The notes under the pieces were generated by a model. It worked only from the letters and a program-made list of their open reading frames with translations. It did not search any database and was not told where the DNA came from. Shown here one piece after another: positions 17,270-24,525 of a DNA stretch of 49,269 nt. Each line of letters begins with the position of its first letter. The first letter of the stretch is position 1. The DNA comes from a virus. Lineage: Duplodnaviria; Caudoviricetes. The stretch is from positions 1 through 49,269 of the IMG/VR virus record IMGVR_UViG_3300044711_000117. One strand, 5' to 3'. A program made the position numbers and the translations under genes.

Positions 17270-17306
17270 TGACGCTGGCCGCGTAAACGACGAAGCCCCC
17301 GACCGT

Positions 17307-17354
17307 GGGGAGCCGCTGGTGTGGCGGTACCGGGGACCCGTGGCGGACTGACCG
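17307..17354 (+). pseudogene. Orphan 3' fragment paralogous to the end of gene 13452..13646
   Basis: 40/48 nt identical to 13602-13649; encodes GEPLVWRYRGPVAD* with no plausible start. Confidence 0.65.
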
Positions 17355-17391
17355 GGCGGCGGCCCGGAGTTAGGTGTCGCCCCGAAACGCT

Positions 17392-17427
17392 TACAGCTTG
17401 ACGCTGTACAGCGTGAAGCTGTAGCTT
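17392..17427 (+). promoter_or_regulatory. Housekeeping-sigma-type promoter (TTGACG-18-TAGCTT) embedded in a 32-bp palindrome
   Basis: TACAGCTTGACGCTGTACAGCGTGAAGCTGTA is self-complementary except for one mismatched pair. Confidence 0.75.
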
Positions 17428-17462
17428 GGGTGGTGTCAGCAGAACCACCCGAGGGGGATCAC

Positions 17463-18338
17463 ATGAGCGCCGCCGACCACACCACCCCGCCCGCCCTCCG
17501 CGCCGAATACTTCGCACGCGAGGGACGTCTGCGTGTCCTCCGCTTCCACGAAGACGACTTCCAGCACGACGTCCTCCTCGCCGTCCACCTCGACCAGGAC
17601 GTGCGCCCCAACCAGCGCACCTTCAACCAGGAAGCCTGCGAGGAAGCGCTGCGCGCCGCCGGCTGGGCCGTAGCCGGCCCCTGGGGTCGCTGGCTGTCCA
17701 CGATGGCCGCCGGAGTCCAGGAGATCCCCGCCGAGCCAGAGGCCGGGGCCGAGCCGGCCGCCGTCGTCGCCGACATCGACAACCGGTGGAACACCGCCAC
17801 CGACCTCATCCTCGCCATCGGCGACGCCGCCGAGAAGCCCGCCACCGAGGCCGACGCCGCCAGGCGCCTGGGCTGGCTTGCCAAGGAGCTGGGCAGCCAG
17901 TTCGAAACCCTCGCCGTCAGCCGACGGCAGGCCGGCGCTCCCGAGCACTACGACGAGGACCGTCTTCACCACGCCACCGGCGAGGCGATGCGCGATCTGT
18001 GTGCGGCCGTCCGCAATAGCAGCGACAGGGCCGAGGCCGCCCTGATCATCGCCACCGTCCTCAAGCACGTCGAGGGTCTGGTCCAGGAGTACAACGCCTG
18101 GACTGGCGCGCCGGCAGTCGTCGCCGCCGAACGCGAGGCGAACCGAGGGGGCATGACCCGGGACCAGGTGCTGGCCTACCTGGCGGGCAAGGGTCGATCG
18201 ATCCAGCCCGGTACGTGGAGTGCCTACGTCGCCCGCAACCAGGCCCCCGCCGCGGCCCGCAAGCTCGGCCGCACACCGCTGTGGGACCCGTCCGAAGTGG
18301 CCGCGTTCGCCGAGGGCGCGTGGAAGGCATCATCCTGA
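17463..18338 (+). CDS. Protein with C-terminal AlpA/MerR-like HTH
   Basis: MTRDQVLAYL...IQPGTWSAYVARNQAP...GRTPLWDPSEV; GAGGGGG RBS. Confidence 0.75.
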   Translation: MSAADHTTPPALRAEYFAREGRLRVLRFHEDDFQHDVLLAVHLDQDVRPNQRTFNQEACEEALRAAGWAVAGPWGRWLSTMAAGVQEIPAEPEAGAEPAAVVADIDNRWNTATDLILAIGDAAEKPATEADAARRLGWLAKELGSQFETLAVSRRQAGAPEHYDEDRLHHATGEAMRDLCAAVRNSSDRAEAALIIATVLKHVEGLVQEYNAWTGAPAVVAAEREANRGGMTRDQVLAYLAGKGRSIQPGTWSAYVARNQAPAAARKLGRTPLWDPSEVAAFAEGAWKASS

Positions 18339-18403
18339 TGGGCGCACTCCGTGATCCGCGCCGTGCGTCCGCTCCGTCCCGCCCGGGCCGCGCCTACCCG
18401 GAC

Positions 18404-18682
18404 ATGCGCGGCTGGCCGGAGGATCCGCCGGATGTCCTCTCCACCCACGGGGCGCCGCGGAGTGATGAGGCCCGCTGGTGGCGCCTCCAACCCGGGGAAC
18501 GCGCCGGGGACGGGACGATGGTGCGCCTGTCCGTGGTGCACAGGGCGACCTGTGTCGACTGGCCACCCGGACGGCACGCCCCCGGCTGGAGCTTCCACAC
18601 CCGGCCCGAGGCGCGCCGGCTACTCGAGCGGGACGACGAGGTCATCCCCTGCCCCAAGTGCCGGCCCCGCAGCAGCCTGTAG
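18404..18682 (+). CDS. DUF6233-like Zn-binding small protein
   Basis: VHRATC...EARRLL...PCPKCRP pattern; start uncertain (18338 possible). Confidence 0.65.
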   Translation: MRGWPEDPPDVLSTHGAPRSDEARWWRLQPGERAGDGTMVRLSVVHRATCVDWPPGRHAPGWSFHTRPEARRLLERDDEVIPCPKCRPRSSL

Positions 18683-18691
18683 ACGCGGAGA

Positions 18692-18723
18692 GCCCCGCCG
18701 CGAAGGGGGGCACGCGGCGGGGC
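18692..18723. terminator. Bidirectional hairpin between convergent operons
   Basis: GCCCCGCCGCG-N10-CGCGGCGGGGC. Confidence 0.7.
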
Positions 18724-18782
18724 GATCCCGAGGGGTACCGGCAAGAATGGACCCGGGCGGGGCAGGCGGGAAGAGATCAGAC

Positions 18783-19136
18783 CTACAGCTCTCCGCAGTC
18801 CCCGTCATGACCGGGCGGCAACTCGCAGTCACGCTCATTGCCGACGCTGTCGTGGTACAGCTCCCCGCAGACCGGCCCGGCAGGCATAGGCCGGTCTTCC
18901 CAGCGGGCCCGCTCTGCCGCCAACTCGGCCGCTTCCCGCGTCCGCCGGGTTTCCCAGCCCTTGCGCGCGCCCGCTGAGCGCCGGGCTTTCGCCTGCGGGG
19001 AGTTACGGCGCTCCTCGCGGCGGCGCTTCTCCTCGGCGAGCACCGCGTCCGAGGCGGTGATGAACGCGGCGAACAGATCGTCTACGAACTGCGCCTCGCG
19101 GCCGGGTACGGGCTCGGGCAGGCCGACGGCGTTCAC
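18783..19136 (-). CDS. Hypothetical protein with basic helix and C-terminal C..C..H..C cluster
   Basis: GTGA coupling; ARKGWETRR; CGEL...CELPPGHDGDC. Confidence 0.7.
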   Translation of the reverse strand: MNAVGLPEPVPGREAQFVDDLFAAFITASDAVLAEEKRRREERRNSPQAKARRSAGARKGWETRRTREAAELAAERARWEDRPMPAGPVCGELYHDSVGNERDCELPPGHDGDCGEL

Positions 19137-19426
19137 CGGCTGCTCCCCGGGTCGTCCGCGATCTGCCACTCCCCGCCCTCGCAGAGCCGCATCGCCCGAC
19201 CGCAGCCCGCGCACACGGCCCGGGATCCGGGCTGCTCGCCCAGGACGCTGACGTCAATCGGGCGGTGCGTCAGGCACGTCCCGGCCCGGCGCAGGGCCAG
19301 CGCAGCCGCGGCCCACGTTCCCGGCTCGGGCCGGATGCCGAGCAGTTCCTGCTCGAGGGCCGCGATCCGGGTGGGATTCGAGCGCGGCGGGACGACCTGG
19401 GAGCGACGGCGGCGCCACAGCCTCAC
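19133..19426 (-). CDS. Hypothetical Zn-binding protein
   Basis: Coupled ORF; CLTH...CAGC. Confidence 0.6.
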   Translation of the reverse strand: MRLWRRRRSQVVPPRSNPTRIAALEQELLGIRPEPGTWAAAALALRRAGTCLTHRPIDVSVLGEQPGSRAVCAGCGRAMRLCEGGEWQIADDPGSSR

Positions 19427-19572
19427 CGGCTGCTCCCCGGGCCGGGCCGACCGGTGTCGAGGCGGTGAGGCGCCGCGTCGGAGGGGACGGTCGGCGCCGG
19501 GAAGAGGGTGCCGGCCCGCGGGCGCGCCCTGCGCAGCGCGGCCCTGATACGGCGGTACAGGCGGTAGGTCAC
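19423..19572 (-). CDS. Small basic protein
   Basis: GAGGAG RBS and GTGA coupling. Confidence 0.5.
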   Translation of the reverse strand: MTYRLYRRIRAALRRARPRAGTLFPAPTVPSDAAPHRLDTGRPGPGSSR

Positions 19573-19811
19573 GGCGACTCCTCTACGGCGGGACGGTCCG
19601 CGGCGTCCCGGGCCGCGCGTCGTGCGGCTGCGGCTGCGCGGTCGTGGTCGTCGCGGCAGTCGTCGTAGCCCCTCCCGTGTCCGTGCTGCCACGCTTCGGT
19701 GAGGACGCCACGGAACACCCATGCCCGCCACGTCGGGTCGTCACCGTGTTCGTCGGCGGCGTCCTCCAGCTTCCGCAGCCAATTGTCCACCGTGGACCGG
19801 TCAGCGCTCAC
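19569..19811 (-). CDS. Hypothetical protein
   Basis: Coupled ORF. Confidence 0.65.
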   Translation of the reverse strand: MSADRSTVDNWLRKLEDAADEHGDDPTWRAWVFRGVLTEAWQHGHGRGYDDCRDDHDRAAAAARRAARDAADRPAVEESP

Positions 19812-20035
19812 TCCGCAGTCTCCTTGTCGGCGTCGGCCATCCGTTCCTTCTCGGCGATCACGATGCGCCGGATCTGCTGGCGGGTGTAGCCGGTCACCTC
19901 GCAGATGTCTTTCTGGGGTACCCCGTCAGCGTCGGCCCGATGGATCGCGGAGGCCAGTTCCTCGCGCAGGATGTTCGTCCGCTGCTCGGACTCCCTGAAC
20001 CGGCTGGCCAGGTGCTCAAGTGATCGCTTATCCAC
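19808..20035 (-). CDS. Small HTH regulator
   Basis: DGVPQKDICEVTGYTRQQIRRIV HTH; start may be 20062. Confidence 0.8.
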   Translation of the reverse strand: MDKRSLEHLASRFRESEQRTNILREELASAIHRADADGVPQKDICEVTGYTRQQIRRIVIAEKERMADADKETAE

Positions 20036-20109
20036 GACACATAGTGTTCCATTGTCGGTCATGGAACTAGAGGTTACGTCAATGCCGCTTATCTGCCCAG
20101 ATCTAGGAC

Positions 20110-20139
20110 TTGACGAGGGAACATGATGTTCCCTAAAGT
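20110..20139 (+). promoter_or_regulatory. Promoter TTGACG-18-TAAAGT with perfect operator AGGGAACAT-G-ATGTTCCCT in the spacer
   Basis: 9-1-9 palindrome at 20116-20134; related inverted repeat GTTCCAT/ATGGAAC at 20046-20067. Confidence 0.8.
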
Positions 20140-20179
20140 GGAGTCATCGCCGAGAGTGGCCGGACAGAGGAGTAGGGAC

Positions 20180-20440
20180 ATGACCAGCACGATGCGCGAG
20201 CAGGCCGAGGCCAAAGTGAAGACGATGGCCGCGAAGCTCAGCGACGAGGCCCTGTGCCTCGCGTGGCTGGCCACCGAAGGCAAGTCCGCCACCAAAGAAC
20301 TCGCCCTCACGCGCGGCTGGATGTTGGACGAGCTGAACGCCCGCCTCGGCGACGACCTGTTCGACGAGTGGCTCGTGGACTTCGACGACAACGGAAACGC
20401 CGTCAGCCCGTTGGTCTACCTCGCCCGCAAGGCCGCCTGA
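20180..20440 (+). CDS. Hypothetical protein
   Basis: AGGAG RBS; first gene after the promoter. Confidence 0.8.
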   Translation: MTSTMREQAEAKVKTMAAKLSDEALCLAWLATEGKSATKELALTRGWMLDELNARLGDDLFDEWLVDFDDNGNAVSPLVYLARKAA

Positions 20441-20513
20441 CCTCCCTGCCCGTCTCCGCCGCCGGGGGTGGGCACCCCAACCCACCAGCCGCGCGACCAG
20501 AGAGGACCCCGCC

Positions 20514-20828
20514 ATGACCTTCACCCACGCCGACTTCCAGCGCGGCGACATCGTGCACATCCACCTCGGCTGCGGCATCACCCGCCGCTACTCCGTCCGC
20601 GCCGTACATACCCGCCACCTCGACCTGCACGACCCCGTCACCGGCGACAACGAGCAGCGCACCTATGACCAAGTCGCCTCACGGACACCCCGTGCCAGCG
20701 GCGAGTACTTCGAGGCGCTCATCCAGTCGAGGCGAGACGGAACCTCTTGGTCATGCCGCTGTGGCTGCCGCAACCCTGGCACCTGGGACACGTGCCAGGA
20801 ATGCCAGACCGTCCACCCCGACGCCTGA
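20514..20828 (+). CDS. SH3/KOW-like protein with RanBP2-type zinc finger
   Basis: FQRGDIV; WSCRCGCRN...CQECQT. Confidence 0.75.
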   Translation: MTFTHADFQRGDIVHIHLGCGITRRYSVRAVHTRHLDLHDPVTGDNEQRTYDQVASRTPRASGEYFEALIQSRRDGTSWSCRCGCRNPGTWDTCQECQTVHPDA

Positions 20829-20900
20829 CCGCCGAGACCATCCCCTACTGGCCCACCCACTGACCGAACCCCGCCGCCTGACCAGGAAGGACCACCCGTC

Positions 20901-21215
20901 ATGGGCGCCCTCACCGACGCCGCCGCCCGCATCCTCTTCGACAAGCACGACTTCGCCTCCTGCAACAACGCGGGGCGCTGCATCCGCGCCGGGTACGTCG
21001 TCAGCGAGGGATCGGAAGGACGTGTCAGGGTCGCGCACCGCATCCCCGAGCCCGACCTGCTCGATGATGACCGGCCGTCCGATGACGAGATGGCAGCCGA
21101 GCGGCATCGCATGGTCGACGAGTACGCCACGACCCTAACCGCCGCCGGGTGGGCCGTTGAGAAGCGCGGTCCCCACTCCCGTAACCCGTACCTGCTCGCC
21201 ACCCGCCCCGTCTGA
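20901..21215 (+). CDS. Hypothetical protein
   Basis: AAGGA RBS; YATTLTAAGWAV motif. Confidence 0.75.
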   Translation: MGALTDAAARILFDKHDFASCNNAGRCIRAGYVVSEGSEGRVRVAHRIPEPDLLDDDRPSDDEMAAERHRMVDEYATTLTAAGWAVEKRGPHSRNPYLLATRPV

Positions 21216-21325
21216 TGGCCGCCCGGCACCTGGTGGACACCGCCGTCGCCACCGCCCGCGCCGTGCCCACCCCCTACGCCGACAACGCCACCGTCCTGGT
21301 GGCCGACCTCGCCGCCACCCACTGA
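21215..21325 (+). CDS. Possible 36-aa peptide
   Basis: TGATG overlap, high GC3. Confidence 0.4.
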   Translation: MAARHLVDTAVATARAVPTPYADNATVLVADLAATH

Positions 21326-21343
21326 CCCGAACGGAGAACCCCG

Positions 21344-21532
21344 ATGGCCGACCCGCGCATCCTCCCCGCCGAACTCCGGGTCGGCGATGTCATCACCTCC
21401 GACCCGCGCCGCGACTTCACCGTCCGCACCATCGATCGCGACGAGTTCGGCGACGTCACCATCAACCGCGGTGACCCCGACAGCGCCCACATCTGGGCCG
21501 ACCAGACCATCACCATCCGCACCGCCCGCTGA
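21344..21532 (+). CDS. Small beta-barrel (KOW-like) protein
   Basis: AELRVGDVI; GGAG RBS. Confidence 0.75.
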   Translation: MADPRILPAELRVGDVITSDPRRDFTVRTIDRDEFGDVTINRGDPDSAHIWADQTITIRTAR

Positions 21533-21543
21533 AGGAGGCCGCC

Positions 21544-21987
21544 ATGCCGATCCACCTCACCGCCCCCGCGCACAACCCGAAGGGCCCAGACGGGCAGGGC
21601 TGGAACCGCATGGAGGTCGGCTCCCTCGCTGGCGACCAGTGCGCGCTGCGTCCCCGGAACTACGCCACCCTCTGGGAGTCCCAGGACACGCGCCGCGCCC
21701 GCTACGGCGGCTTCGGCCCGTGCGTCAACGGCGGCGACTGCACGAACTGCCCCATCCTCAAGACCCCGCCGAAGCACCTCGACGCCTTCGACGACCAGAT
21801 CCTGGTCCGCATCCACCCCCACGACGGCCACATCTACCTGATGAACCGGCCCGAGGACGGCTGGGCATCGCTGGGACTGCGCTGGACGTGGGCCGAGATC
21901 GCCCGCCTCGACGGCTGGCGGATCGGCCGCCGCCACAACGACGAACACAGCGAAGGCTTCTGGATCCACCGCGGCACCCCCGACTGA
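21544..21987 (+). CDS. Hypothetical Cys-containing protein
   Basis: AAGGAGG RBS; CVNGGDCTNCP. Confidence 0.8.
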   Translation: MPIHLTAPAHNPKGPDGQGWNRMEVGSLAGDQCALRPRNYATLWESQDTRRARYGGFGPCVNGGDCTNCPILKTPPKHLDAFDDQILVRIHPHDGHIYLMNRPEDGWASLGLRWTWAEIARLDGWRIGRRHNDEHSEGFWIHRGTPD

Positions 21988-22036
21988 CCGCCCCGCCCGG
22001 GCCCGCACCCTCAACCCAACCCCGAACGGAGACACC

Positions 22037-22483
22037 ATGTCCGACTTCCACCGCCACCTCGACGCCGCCCTCGCCGAGATCACCCCCCAGCCCTGGGACT
22101 ACACCACCCCCGACGGGACGACCCTGACCGTCATCCCGGCCGGCCTGCGCGCCGACCCCGGTGAGGCGGAGGTCATCCTGCGCATCACCGCCAGCCGTAC
22201 CCTCGCCGCCGAGATCGGCATCCCCAGCCGTGAATTGCCCAGCCTCCTCGACGCACTCACCGAACACCGCGCGTGGGACGACGCATCCGTCTGCGACGGG
22301 CAGATCACCGTCACCTACCCGGACGGTGGCAGCGTGCTCGTGGTCATCGTCGAGACCGAATGGGACGCCGACCGTGTGCCGCACGAGACCACCGCGGCCG
22401 TCCGGCTGCCCGAGGCGCAGCGCCTCCCGCTCGCGTCCGCGCTGCAGCGCGCACTGGACGTCGCCCGCGGCTGGGAGGACTGA
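22037..22483 (+). CDS. Hypothetical protein with apparent internal duplication
   Basis: GGAG RBS; two similar halves (TPDGT.L/YPDGGSV...LP.L..AL). Confidence 0.8.
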   Translation: MSDFHRHLDAALAEITPQPWDYTTPDGTTLTVIPAGLRADPGEAEVILRITASRTLAAEIGIPSRELPSLLDALTEHRAWDDASVCDGQITVTYPDGGSVLVVIVETEWDADRVPHETTAAVRLPEAQRLPLASALQRALDVARGWED

Positions 22484-22541
22484 CCCCCGCGCCACCCGGG
22501 CCGTGCCGCCGACACCCGGCAGCACGGCCTGCCGGGGCTGG

Positions 22542-23009
22542 CTATCGGCGGCTGGGCCATATCTGATGGCCTGGATCCCACCACATGACATGAAAGACGT
22601 TGTTCACGAGGAAGCCCCATAACCGCCCCGGGCCCCCGATGCGAAGCTTCCAAATCTTCGTCTGGTCCGCCAGGCCGATCTTCACCAGCCGATCACGTGC
22701 CTCCTTATTCGGCAGCGTGGCCATGTCATGACACTTGCCCGGCCACTCACCCACATGGAACAACTCGTTGATCGTCTGGCTCTCGAACTTCGTCATCGCA
22801 GCCAGCAGCGCGGTCGTCTCGGCCTGGGTTAGGGCGGCCATACCCCAGGGGCCATCGTTGTCGACATGGGTGAAGCGCCAGCAGATACGATCATTCGACC
22901 GGATGGCGCTCGGCAGGAGGACCGCAGGATCCCCCAAGTTCTTGCCCCCCTCGCCACGCTGAGACGGGATGTGCACAGGCTTCTTCGCGCTCTTCTTCCC
23001 CCCGCTCAA
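22542..23009 (-). CDS. Putative toxin (RelE-like fold) of a Panacea toxin-antitoxin pair
   Basis: IWKLRIGGPGRLWGFLVNNVFHVMWWDPGH; starts 3 nt downstream of the DUF4065 gene; less biased codon usage. Confidence 0.7.
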   Translation of the reverse strand: MSGGKKSAKKPVHIPSQRGEGGKNLGDPAVLLPSAIRSNDRICWRFTHVDNDGPWGMAALTQAETTALLAAMTKFESQTINELFHVGEWPGKCHDMATLPNKEARDRLVKIGLADQTKIWKLRIGGPGRLWGFLVNNVFHVMWWDPGHQIWPSRR

Positions 23010-23012
23010 CGA

Positions 23013-23465
23013 TCAGTCCTCGCGATCTACTAACGCACCGAAGAAGTCCGCGATCTCCTCGACGCGCAGAACCTCCGTGGAACGCCCCAGGTCCGGTACG
23101 CCGGCACGCCTGCGGGCGTCCAGCCACGGCCCGGGCTGATGACTCATCTCCGACAACTCGTGCGCCGTGAACCCTCCCAAGCCGTCCAGAACCAGGTCAA
23201 CCGACTCGGCCTCTCCCGCGTCCAGAGCTTCCGGATCGCCGACGATGTCGCTGCGGTCGAGCTGGAACCGCCCGCGGTGCTTGTCATACAGCGCCGGTGC
23301 CACGGGGCCGTTCGCCCACGCCTGGAACGGCTCCGGGAAGAGCTGCCGGTCCTCCCATGCAAGGTGGTAGCCGTAGGAGAAGTAGCAGAGCTTTTGAAGC
23401 TTCATGGCGGACATCGGGGCGGCTTTCGCCAGGATGTACGCCGCTACGTCATGAACGGTGGCCAT
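23013..23465 (-). CDS. Panacea/DUF4065 (SocA/GepA-like) antitoxin
   Basis: MKLQKLCYF, FQAWANGPV, LSEMSH..GPW motifs. Confidence 0.9.
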   Translation of the reverse strand: MATVHDVAAYILAKAAPMSAMKLQKLCYFSYGYHLAWEDRQLFPEPFQAWANGPVAPALYDKHRGRFQLDRSDIVGDPEALDAGEAESVDLVLDGLGGFTAHELSEMSHQPGPWLDARRRAGVPDLGRSTEVLRVEEIADFFGALVDRED

Positions 23466-23778
23466 GTTTGGTCCCCATCGGTATTCCCCACGTCGTCACA
23501 GTTGCTGAAGCGCTTTCGCAGGCTGCACAGGACACTTCACTCGCGTGTCAGCTCCACCACGATGTCGTCGTCGCTGGTGCACGGCTCGTCGACGGTCATG
23601 CGCATCGCCTACCCCCTAGACGTTGACGCCAGTGTGGCTCATCGGCCTGACACTCTGCCCTACGGGTCCCTGTGAGACGACCTGCCGGACGGCTATTGCC
23701 GGTTTGTTACCCCGGATGGGTGATCGGTAGCCGTGCGCCCATCCCGCTCAAGCGTGCCACGGCCCGGGAACGCTGACC

Positions 23779-23795
23779 GTCACAACCCGGTCACA
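23779..23795 (+). promoter_or_regulatory. GTCACA-N5-GTCACA direct repeat (OmpR-family/MtrA-like box)
   Basis: 11-bp periodic direct repeat upstream of the lipoprotein gene. Confidence 0.4.
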
Positions 23796-23861
23796 TTGCG
23801 CACGCCACCACCACGCCCCCGCCACACTCCCCCCTGACACCACACCAGGGGGGAACCACCC

Positions 23862-24359
23862 ATGCCCACACGCACCACGGCTGCGCTCCTACTCGCCGCC
23901 GGGCTCGCACTCGGCGGCTGCAGCACCAGCAGCAGCAGCGCCGACCCGGAGCGCACCGGCTATTTCAGCAGTAGCCCACTGCCAACCACAGCACCCGCCT
24001 ACAACCCAGCCGTGTGGAAAACCCGCATCACCAACCTGGTCACCGTCATGGACCAAAGCCAAAACGAATGCACCGTGTCGCCCTCCTCCGACGCCTGCAA
24101 CGAAGTGCTGCGCGCCGCCGACACCCAGATGCTGCAGATGAAACAGGACGTCGACGCGGACGGCGGCGCCGCTTCCCACCCCCAGACGGCCGACATCCTG
24201 AATAAGATCCTCGGCGGATACAACGCCTATATCGCCAACAACTGCCCTGGCAACGATCTCGCAGACGATGAGGGGTCGGACTGCCGCGTTTCGATGGTGA
24301 CTGTGCTGTTGGGGGTTGCAACGCTGCCCTCGAAGATGGTCCTCGACGGAGACCAGTAG
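23862..24359 (+). CDS. Secreted lipoprotein
   Basis: Signal peptide with lipobox LGGC, Ser-rich linker, four further Cys. Confidence 0.85.
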   Translation: MPTRTTAALLLAAGLALGGCSTSSSSADPERTGYFSSSPLPTTAPAYNPAVWKTRITNLVTVMDQSQNECTVSPSSDACNEVLRAADTQMLQMKQDVDADGGAASHPQTADILNKILGGYNAYIANNCPGNDLADDEGSDCRVSMVTVLLGVATLPSKMVLDGDQ

Positions 24360-24475
24360 CCGGACACGCCACCGCCCCGCCACCAGCAGCACCGGTGACG
24401 GGGCGGACGCACGTCCGGGGGTAAGGCACCTGCTCCCACCGCAGCGGGGAAAGCTGACCCCGGGCGCGACAGAAG

Positions 24476-24510
24476 CGCCCCCGCCCCGGCCCAAGGCCGA
24501 GACGGGGGCG
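24476..24510. terminator. Hairpin at the end of the late operon
   Basis: CGCCCCCG...CGGGGGCG between convergent genes. Confidence 0.6.
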
Positions 24511-24525
24511 TCGTGTTGTCGGGCC

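Noticed and set aside
20119-20131. GAAC-ATGAT-GTTC as a second LexA box
   Set aside because: The spacer is 5 bp rather than 4; better explained as the operator of the adjacent HTH gene.
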